A stretch of DNA of 64,000 nucleotides from Deltaproteobacteria bacterium. GTDB taxonomy: Bacteria; Myxococcota_A; Polyangia; Polyangiales; Houyiibacteriaceae. The stretch is taken from assembly GCA_004283055.1 (NCBI GenBank), contig SHLP01000004.1, positions 29,362-93,361 of the forward strand. Reading direction: 5' to 3'. Below the pieces are notes generated by a model. The model saw nothing but the letters and a program-made list of their open reading frames with translations, made no database searches and was not told the DNA's origin. Of the stretch, positions 18,901-26,697 are shown piece by piece (the stretch's first letter is position 1; each line of letters starts with the position of its first letter). A program made the translations under genes and the position numbers.

Positions 18901-19075
18901 CAAGCGCTTTGGCACGCATCTGCGCGCGCACGATACCGTACACTCCGTCGCGATCGGTAATCGCAACTGCGGGAAGACCAAGCGCATGTGCTCGCTCGAC
19001 GAGCTCTTCAGGGAAAGATGCGCCTTCCAAAAAGCTGTGGTTGCTCTTGACCCACAACGGAACGTAAGTGCTCAT
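15977..19075 (-). CDS. dnaE2: Error-prone DNA polymerase III alpha-like subunit DnaE2 (ImuC)
   Basis: 1032 aa. PHP N-terminus YVPLWVKSNHSFLEGASFPEELV...AITDRDGVYG, Pol III alpha core, and a C-terminal OB fold. Directly follows imuB. Confidence 0.95.
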   Translation of the reverse strand: MSTYVPLWVKSNHSFLEGASFPEELVERAHALGLPAVAITDRDGVYGIVRAQMRAKALGVRVVTGAQLMVDFEGHAQHVVALAKTRSGYANLCRVLSRGHARCEKGSSLIHGEELGSLHDLFFLSSGTEALRALHASHGPSSVFALCARHLSDREKPKEKALRSVARELSVQTVGANEVLYHDKLRRPLQDVLACIRRGKVLSQAGHTICANAEHDLKPSQEIERLFADDPACLRRTLEIAEQCTFSLDDLRYRYPEENLPSGHSEQGWLRDLTFRGAHRRYRGKVPPNVRTQIERELQIIRKLDYGGYFLTMYEIVQYCRQQGILCQGRGSAANSAVCFCLGITAIDPVRMDLLFERFLSVERAEPPDIDLDIEHERREEVIQHVYEKYGRRHAAMVANIIRYRIRSAVRDVGKVLGLARTDLEAATRLLRHRDDAFNPELLREAGLDADAPATRQLWSLASEVLDFPRHLSIHPGGFLLGHRPVDEIVPIEPASMEARTVIQWDKYDVDNLALFKVDLLGLGVLSCIHRAFDLLREHKGEVLEIATVPAEDEATYAMVSKGDTVGVFQIESRAQMAMLPRLQPRTFYDLVIEVALVRPGPIQGDMVHPYLRRRKGEEEVDYPHPKLERILKKTLGVPIFQEQVMKLAVEAAGYTAGEADQLRRDMAAWRKSGRIEKHRSRMVPRMLEEGIPEEFAERVFSQIRGFGEYGFPESHAASFALLAYVTAWLRRHHHEAFTCAILNAQPMGFYSPATLVEDAKRHGVEVRPIDINRSQWDCTLFPIASKTGQSPVDDAKRRLYGVQMGLRYVKGLGARERERVEATDRPLPNLATFVRQAGLNKKALHALAEAGAFECFGLNRRDAIWQVRSLSRFSQDSLPLEPASSQISFASLAREDEVIWDYRSSHHSTRGHPMRGLRDALRSRGIPEASRVHGCGHGSELDYVGMVICRQRPGTASGVTFFTLEDETGFVNVVVWKQVFTRHALLAKTAPLLGVTGEIQRADGVIHLIAKSLWAPDVSLAEQTHRSRDFH

Positions 19076-20557
19076 TCAATCGAGCACTCCGTGCAAGAAC
19101 CAGCGCTTCCTCGGACGGTCGTAGAAGAGCCAGAGCAAGTCCCCGTGATCGGTTTCGGCGTAGTAGTAGTCGCGTTCGACGAGGCGCTTCCACCAGCCAC
19201 CGCTCACACGGTACGGCCCATACATGTGCTCGATGGCATGGTCTTTTGCGAGCGAAGGGCCGGCCTGGGGCTCTTTTGGCACACGTGGAGGAAGCGGCTT
19301 GGGACGCGCGTAAACCCTTCTAACCATGGATGAAACGGGCATTGCCCCCGATTGATTGCCAAGCCGTGCATGCTGAATTGGCTCCCAGAGAAAGGAGGCC
19401 TCCGGCAGGTGCGCTTCGCGAAGGCGTGCCTTGGTCACCGACTGTTCGCCGTATGTTGCACGAACCCGGTCGAGCGCTCGATGTGCGGCCCGCATGTCGC
19501 GGCGGGGCTGATGGCCGGGGAGCGCAACTTGCTCCGACTCCGTACGCACCGTCCTTGCAAAGACTTCTACTTCTTCGACGGCGCCTTGCAAGCGTTGCTC
19601 TCCTAGACGAAGACGAATGAGCTCGAGCAGCAACATCAAATCCAAGGTTGGCGAGGCAGGCTCGATTTGCTCTTGATGCAGGGGCGCACGTTCCAAATGA
19701 AGTGAAAGCTCGAGAGCTTGGATGGATTCTCCTCGTGCGCTCACCTGATGCAGCAAGGAGTGCAAAGCACCCTTGATTGCAAACAGGAGACGGGTTTGAT
19801 CTTCGTCGGGTGGATCGACTTGAAAAGAAATGCGAGCTGGATCATCGAAGATCTGTGGCTGGATTGGCAGCTGCATGTCGTCCGCAAACGAGTCGTGAAA
19901 AGCGCTTGCTCGTGTGCCGAAACGGCTCAGCAGCTCTCCGGCAGGCACGGAGAGAAAATCGCCGAGCGTTTCGATGCCCAGTGCGCCAAGGCTTTCGCAG
20001 AGCTCTCCGGGCAGATTGAATTCACGCAGCTCGGTTTTGTTCGAACGTTCGCGCTCTTCATCGGCACTCTTCGAGACGCAGACCCCGGCCTGCATCATTG
20101 CAACCGCCAGCGCCCGCTGGCGATGAAAGCCTACGGTCACCGAGTTTCGCCAGTGCCGGGCTCGCAAATATCGATGAATGGAGCTTGCCCAGTTGTGATA
20201 GCCTCCATAAAGCCGACGGAGTCCTTCTGGATCGAGCTGAAACGCACCGTCTTGATCGAGCGCTTCGACTCGGGGCGAGAAAGTCTGAAGTGCTTCGATC
20301 AGCTCGCGGCTGACTTCCGAGACTCGTTCGGGCAAGACGATGGCAGTGCGCAAATTCGGAACGAGATCGCGCGCGACGGTTTGACGCATGCCGATGCGAA
20401 GCCGGCTCTTTTTTGCAAGCACGTTGAGGTGGGTGATGCGGCCGCTCGGGCCTTCGTCATCGACGACGGCAACAGGCGCAGCGCTCCAGTTTGGCCTTTC
20501 GCGCAATAGAATCTGCAGAGGCAGCATCGGCAATACGACACAACTCACTCGCTTCAT
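19076..20557 (-). CDS. imuB: ImuB, Y-family-polymerase-like accessory protein
   Basis: 493 aa, sitting between imuA and dnaE2. The N-terminus (CVVLPMLPLQILLRERP...PVAVVDD) has the layout typical of ImuB. Overlaps imuA by 4 nt. Confidence 0.85.
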   Translation of the reverse strand: MKRVSCVVLPMLPLQILLRERPNWSAAPVAVVDDEGPSGRITHLNVLAKKSRLRIGMRQTVARDLVPNLRTAIVLPERVSEVSRELIEALQTFSPRVEALDQDGAFQLDPEGLRRLYGGYHNWASSIHRYLRARHWRNSVTVGFHRQRALAVAMMQAGVCVSKSADEERERSNKTELREFNLPGELCESLGALGIETLGDFLSVPAGELLSRFGTRASAFHDSFADDMQLPIQPQIFDDPARISFQVDPPDEDQTRLLFAIKGALHSLLHQVSARGESIQALELSLHLERAPLHQEQIEPASPTLDLMLLLELIRLRLGEQRLQGAVEEVEVFARTVRTESEQVALPGHQPRRDMRAAHRALDRVRATYGEQSVTKARLREAHLPEASFLWEPIQHARLGNQSGAMPVSSMVRRVYARPKPLPPRVPKEPQAGPSLAKDHAIEHMYGPYRVSGGWWKRLVERDYYYAETDHGDLLWLFYDRPRKRWFLHGVLD

Positions 20558-21186
20558 GTCGTGCCTCGCAGACCGGATGGAGCGACTGGGTTGACAGACG
20601 AAAGCTCGGCGGCGATTCCGACTTTGTCTTTGAGAATACGTGTACGAACTTCGAAACGATCGGCGTGAAGAGGACCGCGCCGAGGTTCGATGCGTAAGCC
20701 CACCAAAGGACCGGAAGAAGGTTCTTCACAGGCGTTCGAGGTGAGCAAGAGAATGCGTCCGTCGTACTGACGCAAAAGGCCTTGAAGACGGCCCTGCCAG
20801 TTGACGGAAGACCCCGGGAGGAGAGCATCGCTGAGGTCGATGACCGTCAAGCCAAATGCGCCGGAGCGCGCGAGCCACTCGGCAGCGCGAACCAATGCAA
20901 ACGAACCTGCATGATGCGGCACGTGAACTACGATCAACGAATCGAGGTCAACACCCGCTGCGGCGAGATCGGGAGGAAACAAAGCGCCGTCTTTGGGCTG
21001 TACCCAGGCGACCAATTCGGCACGCGCCTGCGCTTGGATCACGCAGGATACAGCTGTGGTCGTTCGCGCACAGGAATGCCGCCCGGAAATCTCGACCAAT
21101 CGCCCCCGGGGCAAGACCTCCGAGAGCGGCAAAGCTTTGGCACGAACGTGACGCGCCTCGAAATCGATGACAGTCCCAAAAGCCAT
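20554..21186 (-). CDS. imuA: ImuA, RecA/SulA-like SOS protein
   Basis: RLVEISGRHSCARTTTAVSCVIQAQ is a degenerate RecA-like P-loop region, and the gene is first in the imuA-imuB-dnaE2 cassette. I prefer the ATG at 21186 (MAFGTV...), because the TTG at 21210 lies inside the predicted promoter and LexA box. Confidence 0.8.
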   Translation of the reverse strand: MAFGTVIDFEARHVRAKALPLSEVLPRGRLVEISGRHSCARTTTAVSCVIQAQARAELVAWVQPKDGALFPPDLAAAGVDLDSLIVVHVPHHAGSFALVRAAEWLARSGAFGLTVIDLSDALLPGSSVNWQGRLQGLLRQYDGRILLLTSNACEEPSSGPLVGLRIEPRRGPLHADRFEVRTRILKDKVGIAAELSSVNPVAPSGLRGTT

Positions 21187-21196
21187 GGGACCACCC

Positions 21197-21224
21197 AGTA
21201 TACTGAACAAAATAACAGTGGCAA
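21197..21224 (-). promoter_or_regulatory. Candidate sigma70 promoter of imuA-imuB-dnaE2 (TTGCCA-N16-TATACT)
   Basis: The minus strand reads TTGCCA CTGTTATTTTGTTCAG TATACT GGGTGGTCCC ATG. The 16-nt spacer is exactly the LexA box. Only 10 nt separate the -10 hexamer from the ATG. Confidence 0.5.
21203..21218 (-). promoter_or_regulatory. LexA (SOS) box upstream of imuA
   Basis: The minus strand reads CTGTTATTTTGTTCAG. This fits CTGT-N8-xCAG and the deltaproteobacterial/Myxococcus-type consensus CTRHAMRYBYGTTCAGS, including the invariant GTTCAG. It lies 17-32 nt upstream of the imuA ATG. Confidence 0.6.
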
Positions 21225-21323
21225 GAGAGACACGCTCTGCTCTTCCAACTATCTAAAAATAAAGAGAAAGAGCGCAACCCAGTGCCGCGGTCCTTGGCTG
21301 CGAGGCGCTGTTTGCTCGAGTGC

Positions 21324-22229
21324 TTACGGAGGTAGAGAGTGCCCCTGGTCGTAGAGGTGGAGGATGCCGGTGGCGAGACCTCGGAGGAAGGACATGGCCA
21401 TGGCGAAGTGGTCCTCCAAGACTTCGAGCAGGAGCTCCAAATCGATGCGGAAGGCGACCAGGTCTTCGGCAACTTCGGCTCGAAACCAGCGGCGCTCGTC
21501 GGCCATCGCGTCGATCGCGCCCACGGAGTCGCCCGGACCCAGCTGGAACTGCTGATCTGGATCTGTCGCGCGGCAGTCCACGATGCCGCGGAGCGGAAGC
21601 AGAAAATAATTGCTTCGATCGCCGACGTTCCAGAGAACTTCGCCTTTGGGAAGGTGAACCTCTTGCACGTCACGGGCGAGGTCGGCGATTGCATCGATTT
21701 CGCTGTCGCCGAACGAAAACGTCTTTCGCAGAAACGCCATTCGCTCGACCAGATCAAAAGGCCGGTCCGGAAAAGCAAATGGCTCAGCAACGGGCCCAAA
21801 GCCCGCCGCCTTACCCAGCTTGCGTCGTGCCTCGAGCACCTCACGACTCGTTCCTCGAAGCACGCGCTTCAACAAGACGAAATGATCCTCGAAGATCTCC
21901 TGCGAGTCTTCCACCGCAATGGCGAGCGTCACCATGTCCTCGAGCGCCACGCAATCGTACCCGAGCTCATCGCCTGCAAGTGCGCTCACTCCACCGACCA
22001 CGCTACGCGCGCCCAAGCGGCGCACCGCCCTCCCATTGCGGACGATTTCACACTCGCCGCTCACTACATACTGAATCTCCATTGCGGGGACGCCTGCTTG
22101 GTAGAGGTGCTCGCCCTTCGCGAAGAAACGCTCATGGGTGTTGGCCGCGACGACCTGTGCGACCTCTGCGGGGACTTCTGCAAGCGCTGGCATCGTTCGG
22201 AGGAACAAAAAGCGCTGAAAACGGTCCAT
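21324..22229 (-). CDS. Protein with two cyclic-nucleotide-binding (CAP-family) domains and no recognisable output domain
   Basis: I start it at the ATG at 22229 (MDRFQRFLFLRTMPAL...). There are two beta-roll units: FAKGEHLYQAGVPAMEIQYVVSGECEI...GARSVVGGVSAL and LPKGEVLWNVGDRSNYFLLPLRGIVDC...GPGDSVGAIDAM. The longer ORF start would overlap the upstream gene. Confidence 0.8.
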   Translation of the reverse strand: MDRFQRFLFLRTMPALAEVPAEVAQVVAANTHERFFAKGEHLYQAGVPAMEIQYVVSGECEIVRNGRAVRRLGARSVVGGVSALAGDELGYDCVALEDMVTLAIAVEDSQEIFEDHFVLLKRVLRGTSREVLEARRKLGKAAGFGPVAEPFAFPDRPFDLVERMAFLRKTFSFGDSEIDAIADLARDVQEVHLPKGEVLWNVGDRSNYFLLPLRGIVDCRATDPDQQFQLGPGDSVGAIDAMADERRWFRAEVAEDLVAFRIDLELLLEVLEDHFAMAMSFLRGLATGILHLYDQGHSLPP

Positions 22230-22251
22230 TTGCCGCTCTTGGAGCTCATCT

Positions 22252-24903
22252 TCAGGCACGGGTCTGCGCCTCCTGCGCTGCGCCCGAAGCGATGCGATCG
22301 CCGAGCTCTGCGGCGTGATGGGTTGCAATCCCTCGGATGATCTCGCTCGGATCCTGCATCATCTCTGCGACCGCTTCTTCATGCGACATGGCAGGGATGC
22401 TTGCCCCGAGCGCCGCCGCCGCGAGCCGGGCCCGCCGCGCAATCGTCTCTCCATCGTCGACGATCACGAGCACTGCTTCACGGAAGGCACTCGGCAACGT
22501 CGCCTCCAGCACCTCGTGGCTCGCCGCCTGTAGCCTCTGGTTCTCGCTCGTCACCCCTCGCCAGACCAAGGCGAAGTTCTCTTTGGGATGCCTCAGGCCC
22601 ATCAGCGAGAACGCGCGCTCGAGCGTCGCTCGTTCCTTGTCCTCGAGGGCGACGCGGAGAAGCTCGGCGTCCGTTGCTTCTGCGATGCCTTCGCCTTCGA
22701 TCGTCGAGCGCCATTGAAGAAGCTGAACGACCCGCACCAGGCTGGCGCGCAGCTGTTCTTCCAAGAGCTCGTCGTCGAGTACCGTCGACGGATGGCTTGC
22801 TTGCAGGCGGCCGAGAGCGCGAAGTATTCTCAAACGCAGGCCGCCTTCGCGCTCCATCGCCAACTGCCGAAGCAAAATGTCAGCAGCCTCCTGTGGATCG
22901 AAAAGAATGATCGTGTGCGGGATTCGACGGCGTACCTTTCTCGGAGTCGATGGGTCCGCGAGTGCCTCTCGTAGCGCCACCAAAGCCTCCGAGCCGATCG
23001 CGAGCACCGCCTGACGGGCATATGCACGCAGATCCGAGCTCCCCAAGAGGGGCAAGAGGTGCGGCAGGTACCTCGGGTCGGGGCTTCCCTCCATGGCACG
23101 GAGGGTCTCGATCCTCACCGAATCGTCGTCACTCGCAATGAGCTTGATGAGGGTCTCATGGAAAACGGAACCTCCCTCGCGTCGAATCGCACGGGCCAAC
23201 GATGACTGAGTCTGGGGGCTTCCGACGCCGATCCATTCGTCCAACTTCGCCGCGGACACGCCGCTGCCGTTTCCCGCACCATCGTTCAAGCCGAGCAGCC
23301 CCACCAGGGCTGTGGCTCGAACGATCGAGGCTTCGAGGTCGAGCTTTTCTTCGAGGAGCTTTCGATCGGGATCGGCCGCCGTCAGCGCACGCAGCGCTGC
23401 TGCCCGAATGTCCGGTTCCTCATCTGAGAGCATGCGTCGCGCGACCGGAATGAAGCGACGATCGGAGGCCTCAGCGAACGCTTCGAGCGCTCGGCTCCGC
23501 ACTTCGACCGAGGGGTGATAGAGGAGTAGCACTGGCATCGCGTCGGTTCGCCCATGCCGATCGAAGATGTCGATAGCTGCGAGCACTTCGGCGTCCTGAT
23601 CGCTGTTCAAAGCGCTGAGCAGAACGTCCAGCGAATGTCGATCCAGCTCTTCGAGCTCGAGCCGCGTATCGATGACGCCATGCCGAAGGCGAGCGCGAAA
23701 CTGATCGACGTACTGACCACGGGTCGACATGATCGCCAAAAGCCAGCCGAGGACGAGAAGCAACAGCGAAAGAGCGAGTTGCTGCGTCGTTAAACCAACG
23801 CCCACGGCCCCGATGATCAGCAACGACGCCATCGCTTGGCCGACACGATGTCCAAACACCTCGATGAGCCCCTTAGCCCGCTCCCGCCGCCTGCTGTCGA
23901 GGGGCAGGTAGAGCACTTCGACCGCGCTTCGGTAGAGCGTGTGGCGTAGGCTTCCGTCCACGGCTTTGACGGCGACCGCAAACGGGAGGATCGGCCCGAC
24001 TGCCAGACCCAGCGAGCCGCCGAAAATCAACACGGGCAGCAGCGCGGAGCTGCGATGGGCCCCGAAGGCACGCAGGAGCCAGCCCGCACCGATGAGCTGA
24101 ACGAGCAAGGCCACGCTGTTCAAACCGAGATAGAAGCGAGCGAAAAAAGCTCCGAGACGATCCGGAGCGAGTTGAGAGGCTACCGTGCTCTTGAAGATGA
24201 AGTCGACGATCGTGAGCGCAATGGTCCCCATCAAGACAAACGTCAGAACCCGCGTGAGGTAGCTATCGCGAAGAAGCCAGCGAAGTGAAGGAGGAGGCTC
24301 GGCCCTCGCCGGCGCTGCCACGGAACCGCTCGAATTTCGCCACAAAAACGGTGTGGACGCGGCGAGCGCCAAGACCATCGCGGCGGTGAAGACGAGCGCG
24401 ATCGGCGGGGCGAGGCGGAGCACGCCCTCCGAAAGAAGGGATCCGAGCGTCGCGCCAATTACACCGCCTGCGGCAATCGCAGGAAAGATTCGTTTTGCCT
24501 GCGTGACGGTCACCGCGTCGTCGAGCAAGAGCCAGAACTCGATCAGGACTACGGTGATCAGCAATCCGGTCCAGACGTAAAAGCCGAAGGGCGCAAAGGG
24601 ACCCAGCTCTTCCAGGAGCGCCCAAAAGCCAAGCGTTACGATCGAGCCAAATGCGAGCGAGGCCGACAAGAGCAGCCTTCGATCCCGCACGTGGCGCAGC
24701 ACCTGCTCGTGGATTTTCAGCTCCAGGATCGCCAGCACGGCAATGGCGAGGTAAGCGCGGGGCAGATGGTCCGCCGGCAAGTTCGTCAAGAAGAGCGTAT
24801 CCCGAGCCGTCTCCATGACCGAGTGCGCAGCCATGATCGACAGCAAGCCAATGAAGCCAACGGCTAGGTTTCGGCGATCCTCTCGGCGAACGGAAAAGCG
24901 CAT
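22252..24903 (-). CDS. TLC/Npt-like (ATP:ADP-antiporter-family/MFS-like) membrane domain fused to a C-terminal HEAT-repeat domain
   Basis: 883 aa. The N-terminal ~430 aa are polytopic, with ETARDTLFL and FWLLLDDAVTVTQAKRIFPAIAAGGVIGATLG, resembling the TLC FWxxxNxxxTxxQAKRxY motif. The C-terminal ~450 aa contain repeated helical units (VRSRALEAF, IRAAALRAL, VRIETLRAM, ARQAVLAI). Confidence 0.8.
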   Translation of the reverse strand: MRFSVRREDRRNLAVGFIGLLSIMAAHSVMETARDTLFLTNLPADHLPRAYLAIAVLAILELKIHEQVLRHVRDRRLLLSASLAFGSIVTLGFWALLEELGPFAPFGFYVWTGLLITVVLIEFWLLLDDAVTVTQAKRIFPAIAAGGVIGATLGSLLSEGVLRLAPPIALVFTAAMVLALAASTPFLWRNSSGSVAAPARAEPPPSLRWLLRDSYLTRVLTFVLMGTIALTIVDFIFKSTVASQLAPDRLGAFFARFYLGLNSVALLVQLIGAGWLLRAFGAHRSSALLPVLIFGGSLGLAVGPILPFAVAVKAVDGSLRHTLYRSAVEVLYLPLDSRRRERAKGLIEVFGHRVGQAMASLLIIGAVGVGLTTQQLALSLLLLVLGWLLAIMSTRGQYVDQFRARLRHGVIDTRLELEELDRHSLDVLLSALNSDQDAEVLAAIDIFDRHGRTDAMPVLLLYHPSVEVRSRALEAFAEASDRRFIPVARRMLSDEEPDIRAAALRALTAADPDRKLLEEKLDLEASIVRATALVGLLGLNDGAGNGSGVSAAKLDEWIGVGSPQTQSSLARAIRREGGSVFHETLIKLIASDDDSVRIETLRAMEGSPDPRYLPHLLPLLGSSDLRAYARQAVLAIGSEALVALREALADPSTPRKVRRRIPHTIILFDPQEAADILLRQLAMEREGGLRLRILRALGRLQASHPSTVLDDELLEEQLRASLVRVVQLLQWRSTIEGEGIAEATDAELLRVALEDKERATLERAFSLMGLRHPKENFALVWRGVTSENQRLQAASHEVLEATLPSAFREAVLVIVDDGETIARRARLAAAALGASIPAMSHEEAVAEMMQDPSEIIRGIATHHAAELGDRIASGAAQEAQTRA

Positions 24904-24976
24904 GTTTCAGCCGCAACCTAGCGTCAAAAAGGGCGCGTGCACATTTCTAGTGGGATAGGCGCGCCGAACGAAGGAA

Positions 24977-25876
24977 CTAGCCACGGCGCAGCGCTTCCAA
25001 CTCCTCCAACGAGCGCGGCCAGTCTCCTTTGAGAAGCTTCGAAAGCGCGCGGTCAGCCAGCAGCTTCCCGCCGGTCTGACATGTCGCACAGTAGTTGGTC
25101 TCGCGCTGCGCAAAGACGATTCGCTGAATTGGGTCGCCGCAGGTCGGACAGGGTTCGCCGTACTTGCCGTGTGCGGCCATCTCTGGGCGGAACGCGGTCA
25201 CCTTTTCGGGAAACGCTTCGCCGTGTTGCTCGATGAGACGCCCCAGCCATTCCGAGAGCACCTCGCGCGTGGCTGCGTGCAGGCGTTCGAGCTGCTCGTC
25301 GTTCATTCGTGTCGTCCAAATCAGAGGCGAGAGCTCGGCGCGGTGCAGAATTTCGTCCGAGTACGCGTTTCCGATTCCACTCAGAATGCGTGGGTCGGTC
25401 AAAGCGCGCTTCACCGTGTGATTTCGCTCTCTCAGCGCTGCGCTGAAACGCGCTAGGTCGACCTCGAGCGGTTCGATCCCGCCGGGGTCGTGCTCGCGCA
25501 GAGTATCTTTGCCTCGGCACAGGTGCAGAGCGGCGCGCTTCTTCTTGCTCGCCTCCGTCAGTAGGAGCGTGCCGGCTTCGAAGTCGAAGGCGGCGAGCCC
25601 GAGCCGACTGGGGATCTTGCACCCCGGCTTTCTCCATCGAAAACGGCCCGCGATCATCAGGTGAATGACGATGTAGAGCTCATCCTCGAGGCCGAGGACG
25701 ACGCGTTTACCGAGCCGCTGCAGGTCGAGCACGCGTTTCCCTTTCACCTGCTCGAGCGACGGCTCTACCGTCCGCAGCACGAACGGGGATGCGATCCGCA
25801 CGTCCTTCAGAGTCTTGTCGACCAGGCGCGGCCGCAGCGCGTGAAGGTAGAGCTCGACGTCGGGCAGCTCGGGCAT
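24977..25876 (-). CDS. mutM: Fpg/Nei-family DNA glycosylase / AP lyase
   Basis: N-terminal catalytic MPELPDVE, an H2TH region, and a C-terminal zinc finger CPTCGDPIQRIVFAQRETNYCATCQ. Confidence 0.9.
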   Translation of the reverse strand: MPELPDVELYLHALRPRLVDKTLKDVRIASPFVLRTVEPSLEQVKGKRVLDLQRLGKRVVLGLEDELYIVIHLMIAGRFRWRKPGCKIPSRLGLAAFDFEAGTLLLTEASKKKRAALHLCRGKDTLREHDPGGIEPLEVDLARFSAALRERNHTVKRALTDPRILSGIGNAYSDEILHRAELSPLIWTTRMNDEQLERLHAATREVLSEWLGRLIEQHGEAFPEKVTAFRPEMAAHGKYGEPCPTCGDPIQRIVFAQRETNYCATCQTGGKLLADRALSKLLKGDWPRSLEELEALRRG

Positions 25877-25878
25877 CG

Positions 25879-26697
25879 CTATCGGAACCGCGGGTCGAGC
25901 CGGTCTCGCAGCCAGTCGCCGGTCAGATTGAAGCCCAGCACGCTCAGCGCGATCGCACCGCCCGAGAACAGTGCGACGTGGGGAAAGCGCAGCAGCACGC
26001 TCGTCCCCTGGTCGAGCAGTGCGCCCCAGGAAACGGCTTTCCCAGGCCCTAGGCCGAGAAACGAGAGCGTCGATTCGGCCAAGATCACCACGCCCAGGCC
26101 GGTCGTCGCCTGAATGACGAGCGGACCGAGCAGGTTTGGAATCACATGGCGAAGCAGGACTTCGTGAGTCGGAATGCCGAGCGCGCGCGCTGCTTCGACG
26201 AACTCGCGCTCTCTGAGCGTCAGGGTCTCGGCACGCGCCAGTCGGGCGTAGAGCACCCAGCCGTTGACTGCGAGCGCCACGATCAGGTGGGTCAGGCCGG
26301 GACGCGCGACCAGTGCAAGCACAGCGATGTTGAGCACGATCGCAGGGAATGCCTGCACGAGGTCTGCGATCCCGGTGATCGCGTGATCGGTCAGTCGTCC
26401 CGCGTATCCGGCCCAGGTTCCCAGCAAGGTGCCGATCAGGACCGACACCCCGACGACGACCACACCCACGATCGCAGCGAGCCGCGTGCCGTGGAGCAAT
26501 GCACTCAAGATGTCGATGCCGTTGTCGCCGGTGCCCAGTAGATGCAGCCCGGACGGAGGCTCGTACTCGTGCAGGAGATCGATCGCGAGCGGGTCATAGG
26601 GTGCGACCCAGGGACCAATCAGCCCCAGGACGAAAAAGCCGATTACGATCGCCAAGCCGATCGGCGTCTTTGCAAGGCGTGCCCGTACCTTGCTCAT
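25879..26697 (-). CDS. ABC transporter permease, DppC/OppC type
   Basis: 272 aa, 6 TM helices. EAA-type loop region AARALGIPTHEVLLRHVIPN. Overlaps the upstream permease by 4 nt. Confidence 0.88.
   Translation of the reverse strand: MSKVRARLAKTPIGLAIVIGFFVLGLIGPWVAPYDPLAIDLLHEYEPPSGLHLLGTGDNGIDILSALLHGTRLAAIVGVVVVGVSVLIGTLLGTWAGYAGRLTDHAITGIADLVQAFPAIVLNIAVLALVARPGLTHLIVALAVNGWVLYARLARAETLTLREREFVEAARALGIPTHEVLLRHVIPNLLGPLVIQATTGLGVVILAESTLSFLGLGPGKAVSWGALLDQGTSVLLRFPHVALFSGGAIALSVLGFNLTGDWLRDRLDPRFR

Noticed and set aside
21187-21210. The TTG start of imuA given by the ORF track.
   Set aside because: These codons coincide with the predicted -10 hexamer and the LexA box. The ATG at 21186 is the more plausible start.
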